From Candidatus Omnitrophota bacterium (GTDB lineage: Bacteria; Omnitrophota; Gorgyraeia; Gygaellales; Profunditerraquicolaceae): a stretch of 64,000 nucleotides of DNA. The notes beneath the pieces were generated by a model. That model had not been told where the DNA came from, ran no database searches, and saw nothing but the letters and a program-made list of their open reading frames with translations. How positions within the stretch are numbered: position 1 is the first letter of the stretch; each line of letters starts with the position of its first letter. This document shows positions 18,528 through 26,695 of the stretch, in pieces. The position numbers and the translations under genes are program-made. The stretch covers positions 8,305 through 72,304 of the forward strand of contig JAQTPA010000004.1 of assembly GCA_028713155.1 (NCBI GenBank), read 5' to 3'.

Positions 18528-18575
18528 CCATAGATGGTTGAATTTAGAGTTTTATGCCCGTCTATAAACAAAAAA

Positions 18576-18608
18576 GCCCCGATTCCTGCTACCTCTCGGG
18601 GTTCTTTT
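18576..18608 (+). terminator. rho-independent terminator after the radical SAM gene
   Basis: ccccgattcctgctacctctcgggg followed by ttctttt. Confidence 0.55.
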
Positions 18609-18653
18609 GTAGGTGATAGGCCTAATAGCTCCCGCTATCGTCCTAACCTCCTT
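18602..18653 (+). repeat. copy 2 of the ~52-nt conserved terminator-adjacent element
   Basis: ttttgtaggtgataggcctaatagctcccgctatcgtcctaacctcctt. See copy 1 at 1532-1582. Confidence 0.6.
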
Positions 18654-18770
18654 GTTGCTTGTTCCTGTTCTTCCCTACAGCTACAGTATGCCATATATTT
18701 GCCCGGATTTCAAGTCCCTCCTAAAAAATGCTGCTTTAATCCTACGTTGGGTATAGTATAATATCTAAAT

Positions 18771-20864
18771 ATGAATACTCCGCAGGATACCCCTATCCGA
18801 TATTTAAAAGGTATCGGCCCAAAGAGGGCCAAGGTTTTTGCTCAAGCCGGTATTAACACCGTAGAGGAGCTCTTTTATTATTTTCCGCGGCGCTATGAAG
18901 ACCGTACTAACTTTGTTCCGGTTGCAGGGCTAAAGCCGGGAGAGATCCAGACGATCAGGGTAAAAGTCCTGGCTTTGGGCCAACATGATTCCTGGCGCCT
19001 GCCTGCCGGCAGGCAGGGCAGGCGCAGGTTTAATATAACTGAAGTAGCAGTGGGAGATAATACAGGGAAAGTAAGCTGCGTCTGGTTTAACCAGCCGTAT
19101 CTGGCAAATTATTTTAAGCCGGGGACAGAGGTCATTTTATATGGAAAAGTTGAGCTTTATGGCGTAAAACTCCAGATGAGCAACCCGGAGTTTGAGGTTC
19201 TAGCTGATGAAGCTGATGCCCGGCTTGCTGCCGGTGGCCTGGTTCCGGTTTATTCTTTACCCGCAGGATTTTCGCAGCGGTCCCTGCGCCGCCTGATCAA
19301 GAATGCCCTGGATAAATACCTGCCCAGAATCAAAGAGTGCCTGCCTTACGATATAAGGAAGAGGAATAACCTGCTGAATTTAGCCAGGGCTTTAATAAAT
19401 ATCCATTTCCCGGAAAATCCTGAATTGCAAAAAGAAGCTTACCGGCGCCTTAGCTTTGAGGAATTCTTTTTGTTCCAACTCCCGATTATTTTACGTAAAT
19501 TAAAGAGAAAAGATAAAATAGGCATAGCGCATAAAGCAGAGGGGGAGTTGCTTAAGGATTATATTTCCCGTTTACCTTTTCAATTTACCGCCTCCCAGAA
19601 AAAAGTAATAGAGGAGATAAAATTAGATATGGCCTCTTCCAGTCCTATGCAGCGGCTTTTACAGGGGGATGTGGGTTCGGGAAAAACTGTGGTAGCGATT
19701 TGCGCCAGCCTGATGGCCATCCAGGGAGGATACCAGGTTGCTTTTATGGCGCCTACGGAAATATTAGCCCGGCAGCATTATGAAAAAGTCAAAGCTGAAA
19801 AGAAATTGAATATAAAATTACTCACCAGCAGCTTGGATAAAAAAGAAAAGGAAAAAATTTACCGGGGGATAAAAGAGGGAAAAATAGACTTAGTTATAGG
19901 GACCCATGCTTTGCTGGAAGAGGGTGTGCGGTTTAGGAAACTTGGTTTGGTAATAATTGACGAACAGCATAAGTTCGGGGTTAGCCAGCGCGCGCTCCTA
20001 TCGGCTAAAGGCGCAAATCCGGATATTTTGATTATGACTGCTACGCCCATTCCCCGGACCCTGGCCATAACTCTTTACGGTGACTTGGATGCTTCGATCA
20101 TCAATGAGCTTCCTCCGGACAGGCTTACGGTAAAAACGCTTTTATTTGAACAATCCCGGAAAGCGGAAGCCTATAGATTGGCCAGGCAGGAATTAAAAGC
20201 AGGCAGGCAGGCTTATATTATTTATCCGGTAATCGAAGAATCCTATGCTTTGGATATTGCCGGGGCTAAGAAGATGTTCAGTGAGCTAAAGACAGGAGAG
20301 TTCAAGGATTTTAAGTTGGGCCTTATCCACGGTAAGCTCAAACAAGAGGAGCAGGACAGGGTGATGCTGGTATTTAAGAGTAATAAGATTGACATGTTGG
20401 TCTCTACTACGGTCCTGGAAGTAGGTATTGATATTCCCAATGCTACTTGTATGATTATTGAACATGCCGAGCGTTTTGGCCTTAGCCAGCTGCACCAATT
20501 GCGGGGAAGGGTGGGCAGGGGGAGCGCTGAATCTATCTGTTTGTTGATCTCGGATGGCGGGACAATTCAAGCCAGCGGCAGGTTAGCTGCGATGATCAAG
20601 TATAGTGATGGCTTTAAGATCGCTGAAGAGGATTTAAAGATCAGGGGGCCGGGAGAGTTCTTTGGACGGGCCCAGCACGGATTGAGCGAATTAAAGATCG
20701 CTGACCCATTGGCGCAGATGCAATTACTAAAAAGAGCCCGCGAAGAAGTAGTAAAATTACTTAATCTTGATGAACGCCTGGAAAACAGGCAGAATATACT
20801 TTTAAAGGAAAAGCTGGCGCAGCGTTTTCCGGATTATGAAAAATTTATGATAGCGGCCGGATAA
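18771..20864 (+). CDS. recG: ATP-dependent DNA helicase RecG
   Basis: N-terminal wedge domain, DEQH box 'VIIDEQHKFGV' and helicase motifs. Confidence 0.9.
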   Translation: MNTPQDTPIRYLKGIGPKRAKVFAQAGINTVEELFYYFPRRYEDRTNFVPVAGLKPGEIQTIRVKVLALGQHDSWRLPAGRQGRRRFNITEVAVGDNTGKVSCVWFNQPYLANYFKPGTEVILYGKVELYGVKLQMSNPEFEVLADEADARLAAGGLVPVYSLPAGFSQRSLRRLIKNALDKYLPRIKECLPYDIRKRNNLLNLARALINIHFPENPELQKEAYRRLSFEEFFLFQLPIILRKLKRKDKIGIAHKAEGELLKDYISRLPFQFTASQKKVIEEIKLDMASSSPMQRLLQGDVGSGKTVVAICASLMAIQGGYQVAFMAPTEILARQHYEKVKAEKKLNIKLLTSSLDKKEKEKIYRGIKEGKIDLVIGTHALLEEGVRFRKLGLVIIDEQHKFGVSQRALLSAKGANPDILIMTATPIPRTLAITLYGDLDASIINELPPDRLTVKTLLFEQSRKAEAYRLARQELKAGRQAYIIYPVIEESYALDIAGAKKMFSELKTGEFKDFKLGLIHGKLKQEEQDRVMLVFKSNKIDMLVSTTVLEVGIDIPNATCMIIEHAERFGLSQLHQLRGRVGRGSAESICLLISDGGTIQASGRLAAMIKYSDGFKIAEEDLKIRGPGEFFGRAQHGLSELKIADPLAQMQLLKRAREEVVKLLNLDERLENRQNILLKEKLAQRFPDYEKFMIAAG

Positions 20865-20867
20865 TCC

Positions 20868-20896
20868 TTGAACTAACGCAGGTGTAGATATATAAT
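20868..20896 (+). promoter_or_regulatory. sigma70-like promoter TTGAAC-17-TATAAT for the KS/CLF cluster
   Basis: -35 at 20868-20873 and -10 at 20891-20896. ATG at 20911 with no Shine-Dalgarno. Confidence 0.5.
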
Positions 20897-20910
20897 GCAT
20901 CAAAATTAAA

Positions 20911-22032
20911 ATGGATAAAAAACGTATAGTCATAACGGGTTTAGGTATAATTTCCAGCGTGGGGATTGGCAAAGAAGCCTTTACTGAGAATATCTTTAAA
21001 GGTATTTCCGGGATAAAGCCGATTACTTCCTTTGATACCGCGCCTTTTAAAGTCAAAGATGCCGGAGAGATAAGCAATTTTGCTCCGGAGGCGATCTTAG
21101 GGCCAAAAGGCCTGCGCACGCTTGACCGGAGCATAAAATTAGTGGCTTCTAGCGCCAAGTTAGCTTTGGATGACAGCGGCCTCGAAATAACCGAAGCTAA
21201 TTCCAGGGATACGGGAATTGCCATAGGTACTACTTTCGGCAGCCTCTCCAGTATTTGCGATTTTGATAAAGAAGCGCTTACTGAAGGAGTGCGCTATGTC
21301 AACCCCGCGCTTTTTCCCAATACGGTAATTAATTCACCGGCCAGCCAGGCCTCCATAAAATTCAATATCAAGGGATTTAATATTACCGTCTCTTCAGGTT
21401 TTTCCGCCAGTCTGGATGCTCTAAATTACGCTTTAGATGCCTTAAGGAATGATCGGGTAAAAATAGCGCTTTGCGGCGGAGTAGAAGAATTCTGTATTCA
21501 GGAATTTTTAGGTTTTTATAAAGCCGGTTGCCTTACCGATACCCGCGGCATAGTTTTAGGGGAGGGCGCCGGTATTTTAATATTGGAAGAACTGAATGCG
21601 GCTTTGGCGCGCAAGGCAAAAATTTACGCTGAACTCCTGGGTTTTGGCTCGGCGATCCAGGATTTAAAAAAATCCATGCAATTAAGCCTGGAAGAGGCGC
21701 TTCTTACGCCTGAAAAAATAGATTATATTAGCAGCGCGGCAAATTCTGCGGAAGAATTTGGCGTAAGCGAGGCAAAAGCAATCGAGGAATTGTTTGGCGA
21801 GAAAGCGAAAACTATCCCGGTAAGTTCGATTAAGCCGCTAGTCGGCGAACTTTTTAGCGCCTCGGGAAGTTTACAGGTTACTGCGGCAATCAGCGCGCTA
21901 GAGAAGCAGGCTGTTCCTCCCATCCTGCTTAATCAGGCTAAGGCTTCTAAAATTGAAAATATCTTGATCAATGCTGCAGGAAAAACCGGTTCTAATTCCA
22001 GCTTGATAATTTCTAAATTTAAGGGATACTAA
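20911..22032 (+). CDS. beta-ketoacyl synthase-like protein lacking catalytic Cys/His/His (chain-length-factor-like KS-beta)
   Basis: Thiolase/KAS fold (N-terminus 'RIVITGLGIISSVGIG', 'GEGAGILILEE', 'KIYAELLGFG'). The active-site Cys region reads 'ITVSSGFSAS'. The His positions read 'SSAANSAEE' and 'GELFSASG'. Confidence 0.7.
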   Translation: MDKKRIVITGLGIISSVGIGKEAFTENIFKGISGIKPITSFDTAPFKVKDAGEISNFAPEAILGPKGLRTLDRSIKLVASSAKLALDDSGLEITEANSRDTGIAIGTTFGSLSSICDFDKEALTEGVRYVNPALFPNTVINSPASQASIKFNIKGFNITVSSGFSASLDALNYALDALRNDRVKIALCGGVEEFCIQEFLGFYKAGCLTDTRGIVLGEGAGILILEELNAALARKAKIYAELLGFGSAIQDLKKSMQLSLEEALLTPEKIDYISSAANSAEEFGVSEAKAIEELFGEKAKTIPVSSIKPLVGELFSASGSLQVTAAISALEKQAVPPILLNQAKASKIENILINAAGKTGSNSSLIISKFKGY

Positions 22033-22036
22033 GTAT

Positions 22037-22783
22037 ATGTTGTTTAAGGATAAGGTAGCAATAGTAACCGGCGGCTCAAGAGGAATAGGCAGGGCCCTGG
22101 TTTTAATGCTGGCGCAGGAAGGGGCGGATGTTGCTTTTACTTACGCCAAAAGCGTCCAGGAAGCAGAATCCTTAAGTTCTGAGATAAAGAAATTGGGCCG
22201 TAAGGTATTAGCCTTGCAAATGGATGTAGCGGATTTTGATAAGGCTAAAGAGCTGGTCGAAAAAGTAAAAGAGGGCCTGGGAAGCCTGGATATACTGGTG
22301 AATAATGCCGGGATAATCCGGGATAAGGCCCTGATGATGATGACTAAAGATGACTGGCGCGAAGTTATTGATACCAATCTTAACGGGACTTTCAATGTTA
22401 CGCGCAACGCCATCGTAACTTTTTTAAAACAGAAAAGCGGCTCAATCGTCAATATTACCTCGGTTAGCGGCGTAGCCGGAATGAGCCGGCAGACTAATTA
22501 TGCCGCTTCGAAAGCCGGGATCATCGGTTTTACCAAATCTTTAGCTAAAGAGGTCGCGCCTTACAATATCCGGGTCAATGCGGTTGCCCCCGGTTTTATT
22601 GAGACGGATATGATCTCGGGCTTAAAAGATGAATTCAAGGAAGGGCTTAAAAAAAAGATACCCCTGTCCAGATTAGGCAGGGTAGAGGATGTTAGCGCGG
22701 CAGTTAAATTTTTATTAAGCGATGCGGCGAATTTTATTACCGGGCAGACCATTATCGTTGATGGCGGATTATTTATACAATAA
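22037..22783 (+). CDS. fabG: 3-oxoacyl-ACP reductase (SDR family)
   Basis: 'VTGGSRGIGRA' Rossmann motif, 'NNAGI' and catalytic 'YAASKAG'. Confidence 0.8.
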   Translation: MLFKDKVAIVTGGSRGIGRALVLMLAQEGADVAFTYAKSVQEAESLSSEIKKLGRKVLALQMDVADFDKAKELVEKVKEGLGSLDILVNNAGIIRDKALMMMTKDDWREVIDTNLNGTFNVTRNAIVTFLKQKSGSIVNITSVSGVAGMSRQTNYAASKAGIIGFTKSLAKEVAPYNIRVNAVAPGFIETDMISGLKDEFKEGLKKKIPLSRLGRVEDVSAAVKFLLSDAANFITGQTIIVDGGLFIQ

Positions 22784-22801
22784 AAGGGAGGGGAAAGCGA
22801 A

Positions 22802-23050
22802 ATGCCGGATTTAGAGAATGAAATAAGGAATATGATTGCGGAGATCGTTGAAAAAGATCCTGCTCAAGTTACTCTGGATGCCAAATTTTTTGAGGAGCTA
22901 GGTATGGATTCGATGATGGCATTGGAGATCATGGCCGGGATGGAAAAAAAATATAAAATTACTATCCCCGAAGAAAAACTTACTCAACTGACTACCTTAA
23001 GGGAAACTGTCGCGGTAGCCAAAGAATACCTGGAAAAAAAGAATGCTTAA
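22802..23050 (+). CDS. acyl carrier protein (cluster-dedicated)
   Basis: 82 aa with 'LGMDSMMALEI' surrounding the phosphopantetheine-attachment Ser. Confidence 0.8.
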   Translation: MPDLENEIRNMIAEIVEKDPAQVTLDAKFFEELGMDSMMALEIMAGMEKKYKITIPEEKLTQLTTLRETVAVAKEYLEKKNA

Positions 23051-23477
23051 TATTGAAGAGATACAAAAAATACTGCCCCAGAAATTTCCTTTTTTGATGA
23101 TCGACCGGGTCTTGGAGCTTGAGCCCGGCAAGAAAATCGTAGCGCTCAAAAATATATCGATTAATGAAAGTTTTTTCGGCGGGCATTTTCCGGGCCAACC
23201 GGTCATGCCCGGGGTTTTAATCATTGAAGCTATGGCCCAGGCTGCAATTATCATGTTTTATTCTCCGGAGAATGTTTCCGGAGACAAGAAGGCCTCTTAC
23301 TATCTGGCCTCGGTCAAGGTAAGATTCCTGCATCCTTTGACTGCGGGCGACCAGCTAAAAATAGAGGTTGAGCCGATCAAGGTGATCTCGGGAGCAGGGT
23401 TAGTCAAGGCTCAAGCCAGCGCCGGAGGCAAAGAAATTGCCAGCGCCGAATTAAGTTTTAGTGTCAAGCATGTATAA
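23043..23477 (+). CDS. fabZ: 3-hydroxyacyl-ACP dehydratase
   Basis: '[11 protein letters not shown]' and '[19 protein letters not shown]' are canonical FabZ hot-dog motifs. Confidence 0.85.
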   Translation: MLNIEEIQKILPQKFPFLMIDRVLELEPGKKIVALKNISINESFFGGHFPGQPVMPGVLIIEAMAQAAIIMFYSPENVSGDKKASYYLASVKVRFLHPLTAGDQLKIEVEPIKVISGAGLVKAQASAGGKEIASAELSFSVKHV

Positions 23478-24657
23478 GCGCGTCGTAATTACAGGGTTAG
23501 GAGTAGTATCTTCCATCGGAATAGGTAAAGACGATTTCTGGAAGGCTTTGACCGCAGGAACTTCCGGGATCAGCAAGGTCAGTTCTTTTGATACTTCCGA
23601 ATATCCCACGCATTACGGCGGAGAGGTAAAGGGTTTTAACTCTGAGGCTAAAAATATGGGCCGGGCCTCACAACTAGCAATAGCTTCGGCTAAGCTCGCC
23701 TTAAGTGATGCCGGAATAAAATTAGATAATCCCGGGCTTGCCGAAACCGGCGTGGTTATCGGCACAACTATGGGAGAGTCCCAGGTTCTCGAGAAATTGA
23801 ATGACGCTTGGGTAAAAAAAGGAACCGAGGCAATCGACCCGGCATTAATCCCCCAGTATCCCTGTAATGTGCTTTCACTGAATGTCGCTAAGGAATTAAA
23901 ACTAAATGGACCAAACCTGGTTATACCTAATGCCTGTGCTGCGGGGAATTACGCTATAGGCTATGCCTATGATCTTATCCGTATGGCTAGGGTTGATACT
24001 ATGTTGGCAGGAGGCACAGACGCGTTTTCCCGGATCGCCTTTATCGGTTTTAACCGGCTGCTCGCGGTTGCGCCGGAGAAATGCCAGCCGTTTGATAAGA
24101 ACAGGAAAGGGATGCTGGTAGCCGAGGGTTCGGCAATGATTCTTATTGAAACGCTGGAGGCAGCCTTAAAAAGAGGCGCGCAAATTTACGCTGAGATTTT
24201 AGGCTATGGTTTAAGTTGCGATGCCCATCATATGACCGCGCCTTTTTCCGAAGGGATAGAAGAAGCTATTGAGAAAGCGCTTAAACAGAGTAAGATCCCG
24301 CCGGAAAGAATAGATTATTTCAGCGCTCACGGCACAGGAACACCCGCTAATGACCGGGAAGAGTGCGGGGCAATAAAAAAAGTATTCGGCGATTATTCTA
24401 AAAAATTACCGGTCAGTTCCATTAAATCCATGCTGGGGCATACCATGGGAGCTGCTTCGGCAATTGAGGCAGTTGCCTGCGCCTTAAGCGTTAAAAATGA
24501 TATTATTCCTCCCACGATAAATTTCCAGACTCCTGATCCGGAGTGCAATATTGACTGTGTCCCGAATGTTGCCCGTGCGGCAAGGGTAGATGTTGCTTTA
24601 AACAGCGCTTCTGCTTTTGGCGGGAATAACGCCTGCCTGGTGCTTAAGAAGTTTTAG
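23461..24657 (+). CDS. beta-ketoacyl-ACP synthase (catalytic KS, FabF/FabB-like)
   Basis: Catalytic Cys in '[13 protein letters not shown]', His in '[11 protein letters not shown]' and 'GHTMGAAS'. Confidence 0.85.
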   Translation: MSSMYKRVVITGLGVVSSIGIGKDDFWKALTAGTSGISKVSSFDTSEYPTHYGGEVKGFNSEAKNMGRASQLAIASAKLALSDAGIKLDNPGLAETGVVIGTTMGESQVLEKLNDAWVKKGTEAIDPALIPQYPCNVLSLNVAKELKLNGPNLVIPNACAAGNYAIGYAYDLIRMARVDTMLAGGTDAFSRIAFIGFNRLLAVAPEKCQPFDKNRKGMLVAEGSAMILIETLEAALKRGAQIYAEILGYGLSCDAHHMTAPFSEGIEEAIEKALKQSKIPPERIDYFSAHGTGTPANDREECGAIKKVFGDYSKKLPVSSIKSMLGHTMGAASAIEAVACALSVKNDIIPPTINFQTPDPECNIDCVPNVARAARVDVALNSASAFGGNNACLVLKKF

Positions 24658-25786
24658 AAACAGGATCCATGTTCTTGGGCTCAATTAACGGTTTGATCAT
24701 CCGGATAATAAAGTTAAGGATCGGGTTAAAAGCCCTGGCGTATATATCTAACGCTACGAGTTTGGCTCCCAGCCGTATTTTAGGATGATAGTCGCTAAAA
24801 CCCGGTTGATAAGCTTTAAGCTTATGCTCTATGCACCACTCAATATTATGACAGAAAGTCGTATAATAAAGGTGGTATTTATGGGCTACCGTGTAATCAA
24901 ATCCGATGAATTTATCGATAAATATGCCTTCTTTGATCAAGCATAAATTGAAGGCTACGATTTTATCCTTATCATAAGTAATGAAATATTTAGCTACCCC
25001 GGGCATATTTTTACAGATATCCAGAAAGAATTTCCTGGTAAGGGTTTCAAAATGTACGTCCGCTTCAGCAACATTGTTCAGGTATAGTTTGTAGATATCG
25101 TCGATTATATCGGTTATATCCAGGCGTTCTTCGGTTTTAAGCTGAACAATTTCCCCTGAGCGGCGTAATTTCTTTTTGAGGTCTTTGCGGGTGTTCCTGC
25201 TTAATCCTCGCAGATAATCTTCCAGCGAACCCGCCATTATATTAATTGCGGTAGTAGGCAGTGTCTCCATTTTTATGAATTTTATTCTTTTGAGGTATTC
25301 GGCAAGCTTTAAGGATTTAGCCGAGAGGTTATAGAAGGCCATTCCTAATATCTTTTCTCTTTTAGAAAATTCCTGCAATTTTTCCAGCGCCTGGTCTAAG
25401 GCTGCTTCAAGATCTACTTCAGGAGATAACCCCATTGAAAATCCTTCGGTGGTAGGCGAGCCGGCAAAAAGGAGTTTTATTTTTAACCAGCGGCCGAGGA
25501 CTGCGGCTGCTTTATGCAGGTATTCAGGGAGGAGCATCGCAAAAGAGAAATCCATCACAAAGAAAGGCAGGATTAATACGCTACGGTTTTTTTCTTTTCC
25601 GACCAGGTAGCCGAAAGAAAATTCTTCAGTTCCGCCTTCCTCCAGGGTTTTTAAGTAACCGTAGCTTTCAACCAGGTCCTGGCCAAAAAGCCTATCCCAA
25701 TCTTCCGCAGGTATAGCGCGTATCTTTTTAACTATGGAAAAGCTTAAGTCCGGCAGGGTTTCTTTCATAGGGCTGTAGTATAACAA
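24644..25786 (-). CDS. DUF482/FemAB-like GNAT-fold protein (COG3146 family)
   Basis: 380 aa and the only minus-strand gene in the window. The C-terminal block '[30 protein letters not shown]' matches the conserved DUF482 core. Confidence 0.55.
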   Translation of the reverse strand: MLYYSPMKETLPDLSFSIVKKIRAIPAEDWDRLFGQDLVESYGYLKTLEEGGTEEFSFGYLVGKEKNRSVLILPFFVMDFSFAMLLPEYLHKAAAVLGRWLKIKLLFAGSPTTEGFSMGLSPEVDLEAALDQALEKLQEFSKREKILGMAFYNLSAKSLKLAEYLKRIKFIKMETLPTTAINIMAGSLEDYLRGLSRNTRKDLKKKLRRSGEIVQLKTEERLDITDIIDDIYKLYLNNVAEADVHFETLTRKFFLDICKNMPGVAKYFITYDKDKIVAFNLCLIKEGIFIDKFIGFDYTVAHKYHLYYTTFCHNIEWCIEHKLKAYQPGFSDYHPKIRLGAKLVALDIYARAFNPILNFIIRMIKPLIEPKNMDPVSKTS

Positions 25787-25831
25787 AAAGAGCCCCCCCG
25801 CACAATTAAAAAATTATTTTTTAGCGTTTTG

Positions 25832-25840
25832 TGGTACAAT
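25832..25840 (+). promoter_or_regulatory. extended -10 promoter element TGgTACAAT, leaderless-type
   Basis: TG at 25832-33 and TACAAT at 25835-40. The ATG at 25850 lies 9 nt downstream with no SD. Confidence 0.4.
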
Positions 25841-25849
25841 ATTCCTCTT

Positions 25850-26695
25850 ATGGATAATACGGGTTCCCGGAAATTTGATTTTTTCCTGAAAGGCAGTAAT
25901 GGCAAGGCAGTTTTGCTCATTCACGGCATCACCGGCACGCCTTCCGAAATGAATTATTTAGGCAAGTCTTTGCATAAAGCCGGCTTTAGCGTAGTTTGCA
26001 ATACCCTGCCCAAACATTGCCGGAGCCTGGGCGAGCTAAGGAGAGTTACCTGGCAGGAGATAGCCTGTGCTTGCGTTAAAGACCTGGAGGGCCTTAAAAA
26101 TGAGTATTCCGAGGTTTCTGTAGGCGGGCTATCTATGGGCGCGCTTATGGCTGTCCATCTTGCTTATAAATACCCGCATTTAGTCTCTAGAATTATTGCT
26201 TTGGCTCCCACTATCTTTTACGACGGCTGGGCAGTGCCTAAGCGGAAAATATTAATGGATATCTTATGGTATGTGCCTTTTATCCGGAACAGGTTTGATA
26301 TCAGGGAGAGTTGGCCTTACGGTTTAAAAAATGAACTCTTAAGAGCAGGTATGGAGAGGTTTTATCGCAACGCCAAAGCATCGGTAAATGATGGCCGGGT
26401 AGCTATTTTTGGCAGCCCATTTTTTCCGATGAGCTGCCTTTATCAGCATCACCTCCTCGCTAAAATAGTTAAACAGGAACTATCCGGCGTACGTGCACCC
26501 ATCCTTATTATTCATGCTAAAGATGACGATATGACCAGTTTTAAGAACGCGCAATACGTGTACGAGCGCATCGGCTCTCCGGACAAATCTTTAATCATGC
26601 TCGACGACAGCTATCATATGATAACTATTGATAAGCAGAAGAGTAAAGTCGCGGAAGAAGTGCTTAAATTCCTGAATAAACCCAATAATAATTGA
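25850..26695 (+). CDS. alpha/beta-fold hydrolase (esterase/thioesterase-like)
   Basis: Nucleophile elbow 'GLSMG' and a possible oxyanion-hole 'HGITG' in 'LLIHGITGTPSEM'. Start placed at ATG 25850. Confidence 0.65.
   Translation: MDNTGSRKFDFFLKGSNGKAVLLIHGITGTPSEMNYLGKSLHKAGFSVVCNTLPKHCRSLGELRRVTWQEIACACVKDLEGLKNEYSEVSVGGLSMGALMAVHLAYKYPHLVSRIIALAPTIFYDGWAVPKRKILMDILWYVPFIRNRFDIRESWPYGLKNELLRAGMERFYRNAKASVNDGRVAIFGSPFFPMSCLYQHHLLAKIVKQELSGVRAPILIIHAKDDDMTSFKNAQYVYERIGSPDKSLIMLDDSYHMITIDKQKSKVAEEVLKFLNKPNNN

Noticed and set aside
1532-18653. The two direct ~52-nt repeats could be att-like boundaries of a 17-kb integrated island.
   Set aside because: The enclosed region carries housekeeping genes (mla, ppiB, pgi, dusB) and the RND efflux operon. 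It has no integrase, transposase or tRNA. The repeats sit directly on terminators, which fits a 3'-end RNA/DNA motif better than island ends.
22037-23477. Whether fabG/ACP/fabZ in the first cluster are simply the housekeeping copies.
   Set aside because: A second fabG and acpP exist 10 kb downstream in the canonical plsX-fabHDG-acpP-fabF context, so the first-cluster copies are paralogues. The FabZ in this cluster is very canonical and could double as the housekeeping dehydratase. That possibility remains open and is not rejected.
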